Part shown: one piece after another, positions 32,259 through 41,450 of the stretch
Layout of the letters: every line of letters begins with the position of its first letter
Position numbering within the stretch: the first letter of the stretch is position 1
Origin: an uncultured Candidatus Saccharibacteria bacterium
GTDB taxonomy: Bacteria > Patescibacteriota > Doudnabacteria > UBA920
Assembly (NCBI GenBank): GCA_964416765.1
Contig: CAYQEU010000001.1
Span: forward strand, 407,253-471,252
Reading direction: 5' to 3'
DNA: 64,000 nt
Position numbers and translations under genes: made by a program
Notes under the pieces: generated by a model
Told to the model about the DNA's origin: nothing
Seen by the model: only the letters and a program-made list of their open reading frames with translations
Database searches by the model: none

Positions 32259-32438
32259 ATGCTTTGGACAATAATCATACTACTGTTGGTTCTTTGGTTA
32301 CTCGGCTTTGTCGGCGGCATTGGCGCGGCGGCACTAGGAAACTTCGTCCACCTCTTTATCGCGGCGGCGGTTATCCTCCTTGTCGTCAAGTTCGCGACCG
32401 GCAGCGGCGGCAATCGCAACACCGGTCTCGGTCTGTAG
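32259..32438 (+). CDS. Small two-helix membrane protein (59 aa), hypothetical
   Basis: MLWTIIILLLVLWLLGFVGGIGAAALGNFVHLFIAAAVILLVV. SD GGAGG lies 13 nt upstream of the chosen ATG. Confidence 0.45.
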   Translation: MLWTIIILLLVLWLLGFVGGIGAAALGNFVHLFIAAAVILLVVKFATGSGGNRNTGLGL

Positions 32439-32523
32439 AAGACAACCGGGCGGGCGCCCTCACAACCAACTTTTGCATTACCAGGATACCAGAAAGAGAA
32501 GGAGGCTCTTTCTGGTATTTTAT

Positions 32524-32553
32524 TTGACTTAGCACAAAATAATGCGGTATAAT
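32524..32553 (+). promoter_or_regulatory. Sigma70-like promoter TTGACT-N18-TATAAT upstream of secE-nusG
   Basis: Near-consensus hexamers, followed by hairpin ccccagaagggg + TTTT at 32561-32580. Confidence 0.45.
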
Positions 32554-32634
32554 TAATGCAAAGCCCCAGAAGGGGTTTTAAAAAAGCCTTAAATTTTATC
32601 AAAAACAGGCTTATTTAAAAGGAAAATAAGAAAC

Positions 32635-32820
32635 ATGTCCTCAATTTTCAATTTCTTTCGTGAAGTAAAAGCTGAACTTTTTAAGGTAGTTTGGCCTAGC
32701 CGCCGCGATACTATCCGTTACACAGTAACCGTTATCATCTTTAGTATCGGCGTAGCGCTTATTCTGGGCGCGGCTGACTTTGGCCTGCTCAAGGCTTTCG
32801 AAGCCATTTTAAACAAGTAA
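32635..32820 (+). CDS. secE: Preprotein translocase subunit SecE
   Basis: 61 aa with a single C-terminal TM helix. FFREVKAELFKVVWPSRRD matches SecE. Precedes nusG. Confidence 0.8.
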   Translation: MSSIFNFFREVKAELFKVVWPSRRDTIRYTVTVIIFSIGVALILGAADFGLLKAFEAILNK

Positions 32821-32836
32821 TTCTTCCGCCACCAAC

Positions 32837-33382
32837 ATGAGTAAACAACAAGTTACAGGCCAAAGACATTGGTACGTACTGCACACTTACAGCGGCTACG
32901 AAGATTCCGTTGCCTGGAACCTCAAACAGCGTATCGAAAACATGGGGATGCAGGAGAAGATCTTCGACGCGATTGTGCCGAAAGAGAAAAAGATAAAGAT
33001 CCACAACGGCAAACGTACCACCGTGGAAGAAAAGATTTTCCCTGGCTACGTACTCGTTGAAATGATTGTTACTGATGATTCCTGGTACGTGGTGCGTAAT
33101 ACCCCTAATGTAACCGGGTTCGTCGGAAGCGGAACAATCCCAACCCCAATCTCTGACGAAGAAATCCAGTACCTCCAGAAACGCATGGGTATTGAAGAAC
33201 CGAAGTTTAAAGTTGATTTCCTTCTGAACGACTTGGTGCGCATTACCGATGGTCCATTCAAAGATTACGAAGGCAAGGTTGGCGAAATTGACGAAGCCAA
33301 GGGCAAAGTCAAAGTCATGGTTACCATCTTTGGCCGCGAAACCCCCGTTGAATTAGATTTCTTACAGGTTAAAAAAGTTTAA
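32837..33382 (+). CDS. nusG: Transcription termination/antitermination factor NusG
   Basis: NGN domain (WYVLHTYSGYE) and C-terminal KOW (VRITDGPFKDYEGKVGEID). Confidence 0.9.
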   Translation: MSKQQVTGQRHWYVLHTYSGYEDSVAWNLKQRIENMGMQEKIFDAIVPKEKKIKIHNGKRTTVEEKIFPGYVLVEMIVTDDSWYVVRNTPNVTGFVGSGTIPTPISDEEIQYLQKRMGIEEPKFKVDFLLNDLVRITDGPFKDYEGKVGEIDEAKGKVKVMVTIFGRETPVELDFLQVKKV

Positions 33383-33449
33383 GTTTATTAATTAAAGTAG
33401 TTGGCTTGCGGATACGTCCGCGGTCCCTAAAGAAAGGATTACTACTACA

Positions 33450-33875
33450 ATGGCTAAAAAAGTCAAAGCTATAGTCAAGCTCCAGCTTCCAGCTGGTAAA
33501 GCGACTCCGGCCCCCCCGGTCGGTACCGCCCTCGGGCCCCATGGTTTAAACATCGCGGAATTTACCACGGCGTTTAACTCCCAGACCGCCCAGATGGGTG
33601 ACATGATTATCCCGGTTGAAATGACGATCTTCGAAGACCGTACTTTCACCTTCATTTTGAAGACCCCACCGGCGGCAAACCTGATCATGAAAGCAATCAA
33701 CCTACCGAAGGGTTCCCCGAACCCTTTGACCACTAAGGTTGGCAAAATTTCCGCCGCTCAGATTCGTGAGATCGCGGAAAAGAAAATGCCCGACCTCAAC
33801 GCCACCAGTTTGGAAGGCGCTGAAAAGATCATCCGCGGAACCGCCCGTTCCATGGGTGTCGAAGTAACCGACTAA
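33450..33875 (+). CDS. rplK: 50S ribosomal protein L11
   Basis: [35 protein letters not shown] is the canonical L11 N-terminus. Confidence 0.95.
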   Translation: MAKKVKAIVKLQLPAGKATPAPPVGTALGPHGLNIAEFTTAFNSQTAQMGDMIIPVEMTIFEDRTFTFILKTPPAANLIMKAINLPKGSPNPLTTKVGKISAAQIREIAEKKMPDLNATSLEGAEKIIRGTARSMGVEVTD

Positions 33876-33885
33876 TTATAAACAT

Positions 33886-34647
33886 ATGGGAATTCTCATT
33901 GTCTTGGTTCTTGTGGTGCTGTTCGTGGTTTTGCCCGGACTTCGGGTGATCCAGCAGTACCAACAGGGTGTGGTGTTCCGATTGGGGCGCGTTGTCCGCG
34001 TCCAAAAGCCTGGCCTTAACTGGGTGATCCCTTACCTGGAATGGGTAAAGAAGGTGGACATGCGTACCATTACCATGCCCATCCCGCCGCAGAAAATCAT
34101 CACCAAGGATAACGTTTCGGTTGATGTTTCCGCGGTCGCTTATTTCAAGATTGTCGATCCGGTTAAGAGTATCGTCGGTATTGAAAGCGTAGTCAGCGCG
34201 ATCAACCAAATTGCCCAGACTTCTGTCCGCAACATCGTGGGCAAATTCCAACTGGATGAAATCCTGTCCGAACGCGAAAGCATTAACTCCGAGATCACCA
34301 AGGTATTGGATTCCCATACCGAAGATTGGGGAGTGGTAGTGCCTGTTGTTGAGATCAAAGACATTGAATTACCCGAAGGAATGCAGCGGGCCATGGCCAA
34401 ACAGGCCGAGGCTGAACGCGAAAAACGCGCCAAGATAATTGCCGCTGAAGGTGAATTCCTATCTTCCCAAAAACTGGCTGATACCGCGGATGTCATGGCA
34501 GCCCACCCGATTGCCCTCCAGCTCCGCAACCTGCAGACTATGGCGGAAATCAGTGTGGAAAAAAACTCTACTATTATTTTCCCAGCTCAATTCATGAGCA
34601 CCATTAAGGACATCAAGAACTTTCTTGAGTCGGAAAATATAAAATAA
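33886..34647 (+). CDS. SPFH/band-7 (stomatin/prohibitin-like) membrane protein
   Basis: N-terminal TM helix. SPFH core (VDMRTITMPIPPQKIITKDNVSVDVSAVAYFKIVDP...), Ala/Glu-rich coiled coil (AMAKQAEAEREKRAKIIAAEGE). Confidence 0.8.
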   Translation: MGILIVLVLVVLFVVLPGLRVIQQYQQGVVFRLGRVVRVQKPGLNWVIPYLEWVKKVDMRTITMPIPPQKIITKDNVSVDVSAVAYFKIVDPVKSIVGIESVVSAINQIAQTSVRNIVGKFQLDEILSERESINSEITKVLDSHTEDWGVVVPVVEIKDIELPEGMQRAMAKQAEAEREKRAKIIAAEGEFLSSQKLADTADVMAAHPIALQLRNLQTMAEISVEKNSTIIFPAQFMSTIKDIKNFLESENIK

Positions 34648-34648
34648 C

Positions 34649-35017
34649 ATGCAGCACATCAAGAAAATTTACTTGTACGCTGTTTCGTTGATTTCACTGA
34701 TTATTGTTGTAGTGGCCGGCATCATGCTCATTAACATGGCGCTCAAGGCCTTGATCTTTAAGAAAGCTGACCAGGGCATTTACTACGGTCCACAAATCGC
34801 TTGTGATATGCCAGCAACCGCCCCATCAGGGGACGCTTCCAACTACAAAGTACCGCCTGAGTGCAACGATCCCGATTACGCCAAAAAGCAGGAGCAACAG
34901 GAAAATGAAGCCCGCAGTGCCCAGCGCCAACGCGATGCCTCCCAGTCCCTGGCCATGATAATTGTTGCAGCACCGATCTTCCTGTACCACTGGCGCCTAG
35001 CCCGAAAAGAGTCCTAA
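34649..35017 (+). CDS. Hypothetical small membrane protein (candidate SPFH partner)
   Basis: 122 aa with N- and C-terminal TM helices. Starts immediately after the SPFH stop. Confidence 0.4.
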   Translation: MQHIKKIYLYAVSLISLIIVVVAGIMLINMALKALIFKKADQGIYYGPQIACDMPATAPSGDASNYKVPPECNDPDYAKKQEQQENEARSAQRQRDASQSLAMIIVAAPIFLYHWRLARKES

Positions 35018-35071
35018 CCTATTTATTAATTTGTGGGAGAGTTAAAAGCTCGACTACCACGAAAGGAAATT

Positions 35072-35755
35072 ATGTCCAAGCAGTCCAAGCGCGTCCGCGC
35101 TAACGCCGAAAGCGTTGAAAAAGACAAAGTTTACACCCCGGAAGAAGCAATAGAGCTGGCAAAGAAAACTGCCACTACTAAATTCACCGGGTCCATTGAA
35201 GTGCACGTTCGCACTAATATTGAGTCAAAGAAAACCGACCAAGCCATTCGCGGCACGGTAACTTTGCCCCATGGTACTGGAAAGACCAAGCGCATTGCCG
35301 CTTTCGTCAGCGATGCCAAAGCAGCCGAAGCAAAAGCCGCTGGAGCGGCGATTGTCGGCGGCGAAGAACTGATTAAGCAAATTAAGGAATCTGAAAAAAC
35401 TGATTTTGATGTTGCTGTAGCCGAACCGGCTATGATGGCAAAGCTGGCCCAGATCGCCAAGATCCTCGGTACCCGCGGCCTAATGCCTAACCCAAAGACC
35501 GGTACTGTTTCTGAAAACATCTCCCAGGCAATTAAGGAAATCGCCGGGGGTAAAGTTAACTTCAAAAACGATGACTCCGGCAACGTTCACCTCACCATTG
35601 GCAAAAGCGATTTTGATTCCGCCAAGTTAGTGGAAAATCTGAAGACTTTCTATGACGCGCTCATGGCCAGCAAGCCAGCCGCCGTCAAAAAGCAATTCAT
35701 TGCCTCCATGACCTTGAACTCAACCATGGGTCCCGGCATCAAACTGAAAATGTAA
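35072..35755 (+). CDS. rplA: 50S ribosomal protein L1
   Basis: Start set at MSKQSKRVRANAE (SD AAAGGAAA). L1 motifs (GTVTLPHGTGK, ARGLMPNPKTGTV). Confidence 0.9.
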   Translation: MSKQSKRVRANAESVEKDKVYTPEEAIELAKKTATTKFTGSIEVHVRTNIESKKTDQAIRGTVTLPHGTGKTKRIAAFVSDAKAAEAKAAGAAIVGGEELIKQIKESEKTDFDVAVAEPAMMAKLAQIAKILGTRGLMPNPKTGTVSENISQAIKEIAGGKVNFKNDDSGNVHLTIGKSDFDSAKLVENLKTFYDALMASKPAAVKKQFIASMTLNSTMGPGIKLKM

Positions 35756-35767
35756 CCTTTTGATAGC

Positions 35768-35797
35768 AAAAACCCCCTTATAGGGGGTTTTTATTTT
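35768..35797 (+). terminator. Rho-independent terminator after rplA
   Basis: Perfect hairpin acccccttatagggggt flanked by A-run and T-run. Confidence 0.7.
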
Positions 35798-35920
35798 GCC
35801 CGGCCAACCCCTTGATTTTTAAGCTGATTTATCGTATTATTATATGCTACTATGGCAGTGCCTTAGTGCTTATAGCGGAATAATCCGTTGTAACATCCAT
35901 AATAAAGGGGGACTAAGAAG

Positions 35921-36184
35921 TTGGGAGATTTTCATGACAATTCACTAGCGACGCTGGACAAGGTGCAAATAGACACCCGTATCAGCGCGAAACTGAAAGC
36001 CTTCGACCCCCAGTTGTCGCAGCAATACGACAGCCTGGGAGCCGCGGCTCTCGACATCGCCCGCGGCGAAATACCGCGAGCATTCAAGGAGTTCCGGGAA
36101 ACGGTGCAAAGTATTCTGCGCAACGCTTCCGAAGGGAAAACCACTTATCCGCCCACAACCGAACCGGAGGAGGCAACGAAATGA
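35921..36184 (+). CDS. Hypothetical small protein (TTG start)
   Basis: 87-aa ORF in a GC-rich patch. SD-like AAGGGGGA lies upstream. Weak support. Confidence 0.3.
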   Translation: MGDFHDNSLATLDKVQIDTRISAKLKAFDPQLSQQYDSLGAAALDIARGEIPRAFKEFRETVQSILRNASEGKTTYPPTTEPEEATK

Positions 36185-36320
36185 ATCATTGCCTCCACAA
36201 CTTACCGCCTGGTATCTTTGAGCAGTTTACTGCGAGAAGACACCGGGCGTTTTCTTTTCATATAAAAACAAGGCCAACCGCAATCGCAGTCAGCCCTGTA
36301 GTCCAAGTGTTAGGTAAAAG

Positions 36321-37016
36321 TTAATATTTTCGAGTGGTAAAGTGCGGCAGGTGTTTGATAATTCTGACCTTGCGGTCTTCGCCCATGCCCAGGGCGACCC
36401 CCTCAAGTTCTCCGTAAACCTTCATCCCGCTCTCGTGCTGCCCGAGCAAACGCCACACCAGTAATTCCACAAACGGGGAGTGAAAGAACCCTATACCTTG
36501 CACCGGCAAGTCATATAGCCTTTTTTCACTGTGGTTTGCCACTACCTCAAGCATCTCTTGGGCGGTCCTTTCGGCAATTTCTCCGTAAGGAACCACCAAG
36601 GGTCGGTGCGCCTCCACGAACGACTGTAGCGGAGTACGCCGCGCGCCGCGAAGTGCCTGGTAATGCGGCTGGGCGTGAATAGAGTCAATGCTGTCCGAAG
36701 CTCCTAGCCCCAGGACAGGCAAATGGGATCGCAGGGGCGTTTGCAGATGTTCCGAGTAGCCGCTAAAAAATCCGAGGGCCGTGGACATAGACCGCGGCTG
36801 GTCGCTGTTAAAAATGTGGGTCGGCAGAAACATATCCTGCATCAAGAAGATGCCGGTATGCCGCCCGAACTCCACAGCCGCTTCAAAGCCCTTCTTGCTT
36901 AAGCAGGGCCGGTTGCCGTCCCGGGATGAGTTGCGGTAAATATGCAACTCCGCCACCAGCAGTTTATCCTCTCCTTTTTCTTTCCTTCCATCCGTCGTCT
37001 TATCAACCATCAGCAA
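36321..37016 (-). CDS. Hypothetical protein (GC-rich patch)
   Basis: 231-aa ORF with no motif I can assign. Compositionally distinct from its surroundings. Confidence 0.45.
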   Translation of the reverse strand: MLMVDKTTDGRKEKGEDKLLVAELHIYRNSSRDGNRPCLSKKGFEAAVEFGRHTGIFLMQDMFLPTHIFNSDQPRSMSTALGFFSGYSEHLQTPLRSHLPVLGLGASDSIDSIHAQPHYQALRGARRTPLQSFVEAHRPLVVPYGEIAERTAQEMLEVVANHSEKRLYDLPVQGIGFFHSPFVELLVWRLLGQHESGMKVYGELEGVALGMGEDRKVRIIKHLPHFTTRKY

Positions 37017-37176
37017 TTGTCTCCTTTTCCTAAACTAATTCCTCCTTGTAGAACACCAGATTATGTCATATTTAAGCCTGATTGTCAACAACTCAAGGAT
37101 AAAGTGGGGTTTTTGTAAAAGTAACTAAACCATAGTAAAATAAATGGAGTAAACCTAAACTAAAACCCCAAAAGTA

Positions 37177-37767
37177 ATGATTTTATCTGACCGTGACCTC
37201 AAAAAGTCGCTTGAATCCGGAGAAATAAAAGTCGAGCCATTGTTCCCCAATTCCATCCAGCCAGCCAGCATTGACGTGCACCTCGGAGCTGATTTTTTGA
37301 TATTCAAAAGCACCAACAATGTCTGCATTGATCCGAAAGAACCGGTAGACGACATGATGGAACCGACGGTAATTGATGAAAACAAGCAGTTCATTCTGCA
37401 CCCGGGTGAGTTCGCCCTTGGCATGACCTATGAAACCGTAAGCGTGCCAAACAACATGGTGGCGCAACTGAACGGTAAATCCTCTTTGGCACGCATGGGA
37501 CTTGTAGTGCACGCTACTGCCGGTTACATCGACCCGGGCAACAGCCTTAAGATCACCCTGGAATTTCACAATTTGGCCAACTTGCCGCTCAAGCTATATT
37601 ACAAAATGCCGATTGCGCAGGTTGCTTTCGTAAAACTGACGAGCGAGGTTGACACTTTATACGGTAAGGACAGCCTGAATAGCAAATACTACGGAGCGGT
37701 TAAGCCACAGGCCAGCCAATACTACAAAAACTTCCTGAAAAATAACGAGTGGATTGATTTTAAATAG
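37177..37767 (+). CDS. dcd: dCTP deaminase
   Basis: MILSDRDLKK...EPLFPNSIQPASIDVHLG... is the dCTP deaminase/dUTPase-fold N-terminus. Confidence 0.85.
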   Translation: MILSDRDLKKSLESGEIKVEPLFPNSIQPASIDVHLGADFLIFKSTNNVCIDPKEPVDDMMEPTVIDENKQFILHPGEFALGMTYETVSVPNNMVAQLNGKSSLARMGLVVHATAGYIDPGNSLKITLEFHNLANLPLKLYYKMPIAQVAFVKLTSEVDTLYGKDSLNSKYYGAVKPQASQYYKNFLKNNEWIDFK

Positions 37768-38316
37768 ATGAAGCTGCTTCTTGGTATTGTCGGCGAGCAA
37801 TTTTCCGGCAAAGACACTGTCGCTGAATACCTGGAACAAAAGTATGGTGCTTTCCATATCCGCCAGAGCCACATCCTGGACGAAATCCTAAATACGCTAG
37901 GGATTGAAATCTCACGGCGAAACGAAATGGACCTGGGGATGGCGCTGCGCAAAACATTTGGTACCCAAACGGTAGGGGAAGCGGTGAGGAAGCGACTCGA
38001 CGCGGCAAACGAAGAGATCAAAGTAGTGCAGGGCATAAGATTCCGGGAAGAATTTGATATTTTCAAAACAATGGGAGCAAAAATGTTGTACGTTACAGCG
38101 CCCGCCGAGATTCGCTACCAACGGGCTTTGAAACGGAACGAGAAATCGGACGACCAAAACCAAAGCTTTGAAGAATTTACCACCCGCGAAGTTACCGAGC
38201 CAACGGAAATTAATATAGCAATGCTCGGCGGCCAGGCGAACTACCGAATTGAGAACGACGGCACCCTGGAACAGCTTTATCAAAAAATAGAACAACTGAT
38301 TCATGGCCAAGACTAA
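37768..38316 (+). CDS. P-loop kinase, phage-T4-gp1-like deoxynucleoside monophosphate kinase candidate
   Basis: Walker A GEQFSGKDT near the N-terminus, 182 aa. Sits between dcd and tmk. Confidence 0.5.
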   Translation: MKLLLGIVGEQFSGKDTVAEYLEQKYGAFHIRQSHILDEILNTLGIEISRRNEMDLGMALRKTFGTQTVGEAVRKRLDAANEEIKVVQGIRFREEFDIFKTMGAKMLYVTAPAEIRYQRALKRNEKSDDQNQSFEEFTTREVTEPTEINIAMLGGQANYRIENDGTLEQLYQKIEQLIHGQD

Positions 38317-39001
38317 AACTCCCAAAACTAAAGGCAAGCTCATTGTCCTCGATGGCACTGACGGAGCAGGGAAAACCACCCAGACCAACATGCTGGTGGA
38401 TACTTTGCGTGAGGAAGGATACGACGTGGAAGTGGCTGATTTTCCAAAATATGGGTCAAAGTCCGCCGGACCGCTCGAAGAGTATCTTGATGGGAAGTAT
38501 GGCGACCTAAATCCTTACGCCTCCTCCGTTTTCTACGCCGTGGATCGCCTAGATGCTTCAGCCCAGCTTTACCAGTGGCTCGACGAAGGCAAGATTGTCA
38601 TTTCCAACCGCTACGTTACCGCCAACGCCGGGCACCAGGGAGGGAAGATTATGGACCGGCTGGAACGGCTAAAGTTTTTCAAATGGCTTAACGACCTCGA
38701 ATACAACATCTTTGGAATTCCAAAACCAGACTTGAACATTATTCTCCATGTCCCGGCAAAAGTAGGACAAGCCCGGACACTGCAGCAAAACAAGAAAAAG
38801 GATATGCACGCCCTGAACCTGCAGCATTTGGAAAACGCCGAAAAGGTTTACCTGGAAATTGCCCAGCTTTTGCCCAATACCCGGCTCGTAGAATGCGCGG
38901 AAGGCGACGCCATGTTGACCCCGCAGGAGGTCCATAACCAAGTGTGGGAGTATGTGCGCCGCATTGCCCTTAAAGATTTTCCCTCGCCCCAAGCCAAATA
39001 G
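38303..39001 (+). CDS. tmk: Thymidylate kinase
   Basis: [18 protein letters not shown]-loop, DRY-like FYAVDRLD. Confidence 0.9.
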   Translation: MAKTKTPKTKGKLIVLDGTDGAGKTTQTNMLVDTLREEGYDVEVADFPKYGSKSAGPLEEYLDGKYGDLNPYASSVFYAVDRLDASAQLYQWLDEGKIVISNRYVTANAGHQGGKIMDRLERLKFFKWLNDLEYNIFGIPKPDLNIILHVPAKVGQARTLQQNKKKDMHALNLQHLENAEKVYLEIAQLLPNTRLVECAEGDAMLTPQEVHNQVWEYVRRIALKDFPSPQAK

Positions 39002-39017
39002 CATTAACAAAACGAAA

Positions 39018-39845
39018 ATGAAAAACCCAACCGACGAACAATACCTGAATATGCTCCGCCATATCCTGGAACATGGCACCGGCAAAGACGACCGTACTGG
39101 CACCGGGACCAGAAGCATTTTCGGTTATCAAATGCGTTTTAATTTGGCTGAAGGGTTTCCGCTTTTAACAACCAAAAAAGTCCATCTTAAATCTATTATC
39201 TACGAGTTGCTTTGGTTCCTGAAAGGGGATACCAATATCAAATGGCTCAATGACCACGGGGTGACCATATGGGACGAATGGGCGGATGAGAACGGCGACT
39301 TGGGTCCGATTTACGGAAAACAATGGACCGCTTGGGAAGCGAAGGACGGCACGAAAATAAACCAGATCGCCAACGCCGTTGACCTCATTAAAAACAATCC
39401 TGATACCAGGCGCATCATGGTTTCCGGGTGGAATGTGGGGGATTTGCAAACTTTGATCAAGGGAAAAAAAACGGCACCGCCACCGTGCCATACCATGTTC
39501 CAATTTTACGTGGCGGATAATAAACTTTCTTGCCAGCTGTACCAGCGCAGCGCTGATACATTTTTGGGCGTTCCGTTTAACATCGCGTCTTACGCACTCC
39601 TTACCATGATGATGGCGCAGGTTACGGGCCGCGAACTTGGCGATTTCGTCCACACTTTTGGTGATGCCCATATTTATAACAACCACGTTGAGCAGGTTAA
39701 TCTCCAGCTGTCCCGCGAACCGCGGGCCATGCCGACCATGAAGATTAACCCCGAAGTCAAAGACATCTTTGGTTTCCAGTTTGAAGACTTTACCCTGGAA
39801 GGTTACGACCCGCACCCGGGCATTAAAGCGCCGATTGCCATATGA
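39018..39845 (+). CDS. thyA: Thymidylate synthase (ThyA type)
   Basis: Start at [36 protein letters not shown]. Catalytic Cys context [11 protein letters not shown]. Confidence 0.95.
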   Translation: MKNPTDEQYLNMLRHILEHGTGKDDRTGTGTRSIFGYQMRFNLAEGFPLLTTKKVHLKSIIYELLWFLKGDTNIKWLNDHGVTIWDEWADENGDLGPIYGKQWTAWEAKDGTKINQIANAVDLIKNNPDTRRIMVSGWNVGDLQTLIKGKKTAPPPCHTMFQFYVADNKLSCQLYQRSADTFLGVPFNIASYALLTMMMAQVTGRELGDFVHTFGDAHIYNNHVEQVNLQLSREPRAMPTMKINPEVKDIFGFQFEDFTLEGYDPHPGIKAPIAI

Positions 39846-40321
39846 TCATTCTAGGACCGGTCGCGGTCGCACAAAACGGAATCATTGGCGGTGACAACGA
39901 CCTGCCGTGGTATTTTCCCGAAGACCTAAAGCACTTTAAAGAAATAACCACCGGCCAAACGGTGCTCATGGGGCGAAAAACTTACGACTCAATAGTTAAG
40001 CGGTTGGGCAAGCCCTTGCCCAACCGGGTTAACGTTGTCATCACGCGCCAGCAGGATTTTGCTCCTTTGCCTGGAGTGCTGGTATTCCACGACTTGGACC
40101 AGGCGTTGGATGCACTGAAAGAAACTGACGTCTATATAATAGGCGGAGCGCAGATTTTTGCGGCAAGCCTGCCTCGGGCCGAAAAGATGTACATGACCCA
40201 CATCCACGACGAATATAGAGGTGATGTCTATTTCCCCAAAGTTGACTGGAGGGAATGGGATAAAATCGAAGAAGAACCACATGAAGAATATACTTTCGCA
40301 ACCTATGTGCGAAAAAATTAA
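39842..40321 (+). CDS. folA: Dihydrofolate reductase
   Basis: [43 protein letters not shown]. Overlaps the thyA stop (ATGA). Confidence 0.9.
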   Translation: MIILGPVAVAQNGIIGGDNDLPWYFPEDLKHFKEITTGQTVLMGRKTYDSIVKRLGKPLPNRVNVVITRQQDFAPLPGVLVFHDLDQALDALKETDVYIIGGAQIFAASLPRAEKMYMTHIHDEYRGDVYFPKVDWREWDKIEEEPHEEYTFATYVRKN

Positions 40322-40323
40322 TT

Positions 40324-41415
40324 ATGAATAACTTAATTGAGCGCCTCGAAGCGCTCATTTCACAAATTAGCGAATTAAAATCACATTTAAACCTTTCTGA
40401 AAAAGAACGGCGGCTTTCTGAATTGGACAAAAAAATGCAGGAGCCGGATTTTTGGTCAGATAACGAGTCTGCTCAAAAAACCAGCCAGGAATATACCCAA
40501 ACCAAGAACTTTTATGATTTTTGGACCGGCCTGGAAAACGATACCCAAGAACTGCTAGATATCGCTAAAGCCAATACAGACGAGTCGGAGGAAACCATAT
40601 CATATATAGAAAGCCAGGTCGGAGCTCTTGAAGAAAAATACCAAAAGAACCGTTTCGTGGCTTTGTTGTCAAAAAAGTTTGATGACCACAACGCTATTTT
40701 TGCCCTGCATGCCGGGGCCGGGGGAGTAGACGCGCAAGACTGGACTGAAATTTTGCTCCGCATGTACCTGCGTTTTGCCGAACGCCGCGGGTTTAAAACT
40801 GAAGTACTGGAAATGAGTCGGGGGAATGACGCGGGTATAAAATCCGTTCTGGTCAGCGTCGCCGGGCCATACGCGTATGGGCTACTTAAAAGCGAAGCCG
40901 GAGTGCACCGACTGGTTAGACAAAGTCCATTTAATCCTGCCCATACCCGCGAAACTTCTTTTGCCCTCCTTGAGTTGCTTCCTGAATTGGAAGAACAGGA
41001 ACAGGTAAAGCTCGACCCCAAAGATCTAAAAATTGAAGCTACCACATCTTCGGGACATGGGGGACAGAGCGTAAATACCACTTACTCTGCAATCCGTATA
41101 ACCCACATCCCAACTGGACTTAAGGTTAGCATCCAGAATGAGCGCAGCCAGGCACAGAACAAGGAACTGGCCATGAAGATTTTGGCCGCCCGGGTTCAGG
41201 AAGTAGAGGACCAGAAATTAAGCGACGAAAAAAAAGAATTGCGCGGTGAATTCAAATCCGCCGAGTGGGGAAACCAAATTCGCAGCTACGTACTGCATCC
41301 CTACAAACTGGTAAAAGACCACCGGACCGATTATGAAGAAACCGACCCTGACAAGGTACTAGATGGAGAAATAGACGAATTCATAGAGAAGTATTTAGAG
41401 CAAAACGCTAAATAA
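40324..41415 (+). CDS. prfB: Peptide chain release factor 2 (single ORF, no frameshift)
   Basis: SPF tripeptide (RQSPFNPAH) and GGQ (SGHGGQSVNT). 363 aa contiguous. Confidence 0.9.
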   Translation: MNNLIERLEALISQISELKSHLNLSEKERRLSELDKKMQEPDFWSDNESAQKTSQEYTQTKNFYDFWTGLENDTQELLDIAKANTDESEETISYIESQVGALEEKYQKNRFVALLSKKFDDHNAIFALHAGAGGVDAQDWTEILLRMYLRFAERRGFKTEVLEMSRGNDAGIKSVLVSVAGPYAYGLLKSEAGVHRLVRQSPFNPAHTRETSFALLELLPELEEQEQVKLDPKDLKIEATTSSGHGGQSVNTTYSAIRITHIPTGLKVSIQNERSQAQNKELAMKILAARVQEVEDQKLSDEKKELRGEFKSAEWGNQIRSYVLHPYKLVKDHRTDYEETDPDKVLDGEIDEFIEKYLEQNAK

Positions 41416-41423
41416 AAGAATTG

Positions 41424-41432
41424 TGGTATAAT
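41424..41432 (+). promoter_or_regulatory. Extended -10 element TGgTATAAT upstream of ftsE
   Basis: TGnTATAAT 19 nt upstream of the ftsE ATG. Confidence 0.3.
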
Positions 41433-41450
41433 TAATATACCTATTTCTTC

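Noticed and set aside
40324-40420. Expected programmed +1 frameshift site (CUU UGA C) in prfB
   Set aside because: The ORF is continuous from ATG to stop with both SPF and GGQ motifs in one frame, so no frameshift element is present.
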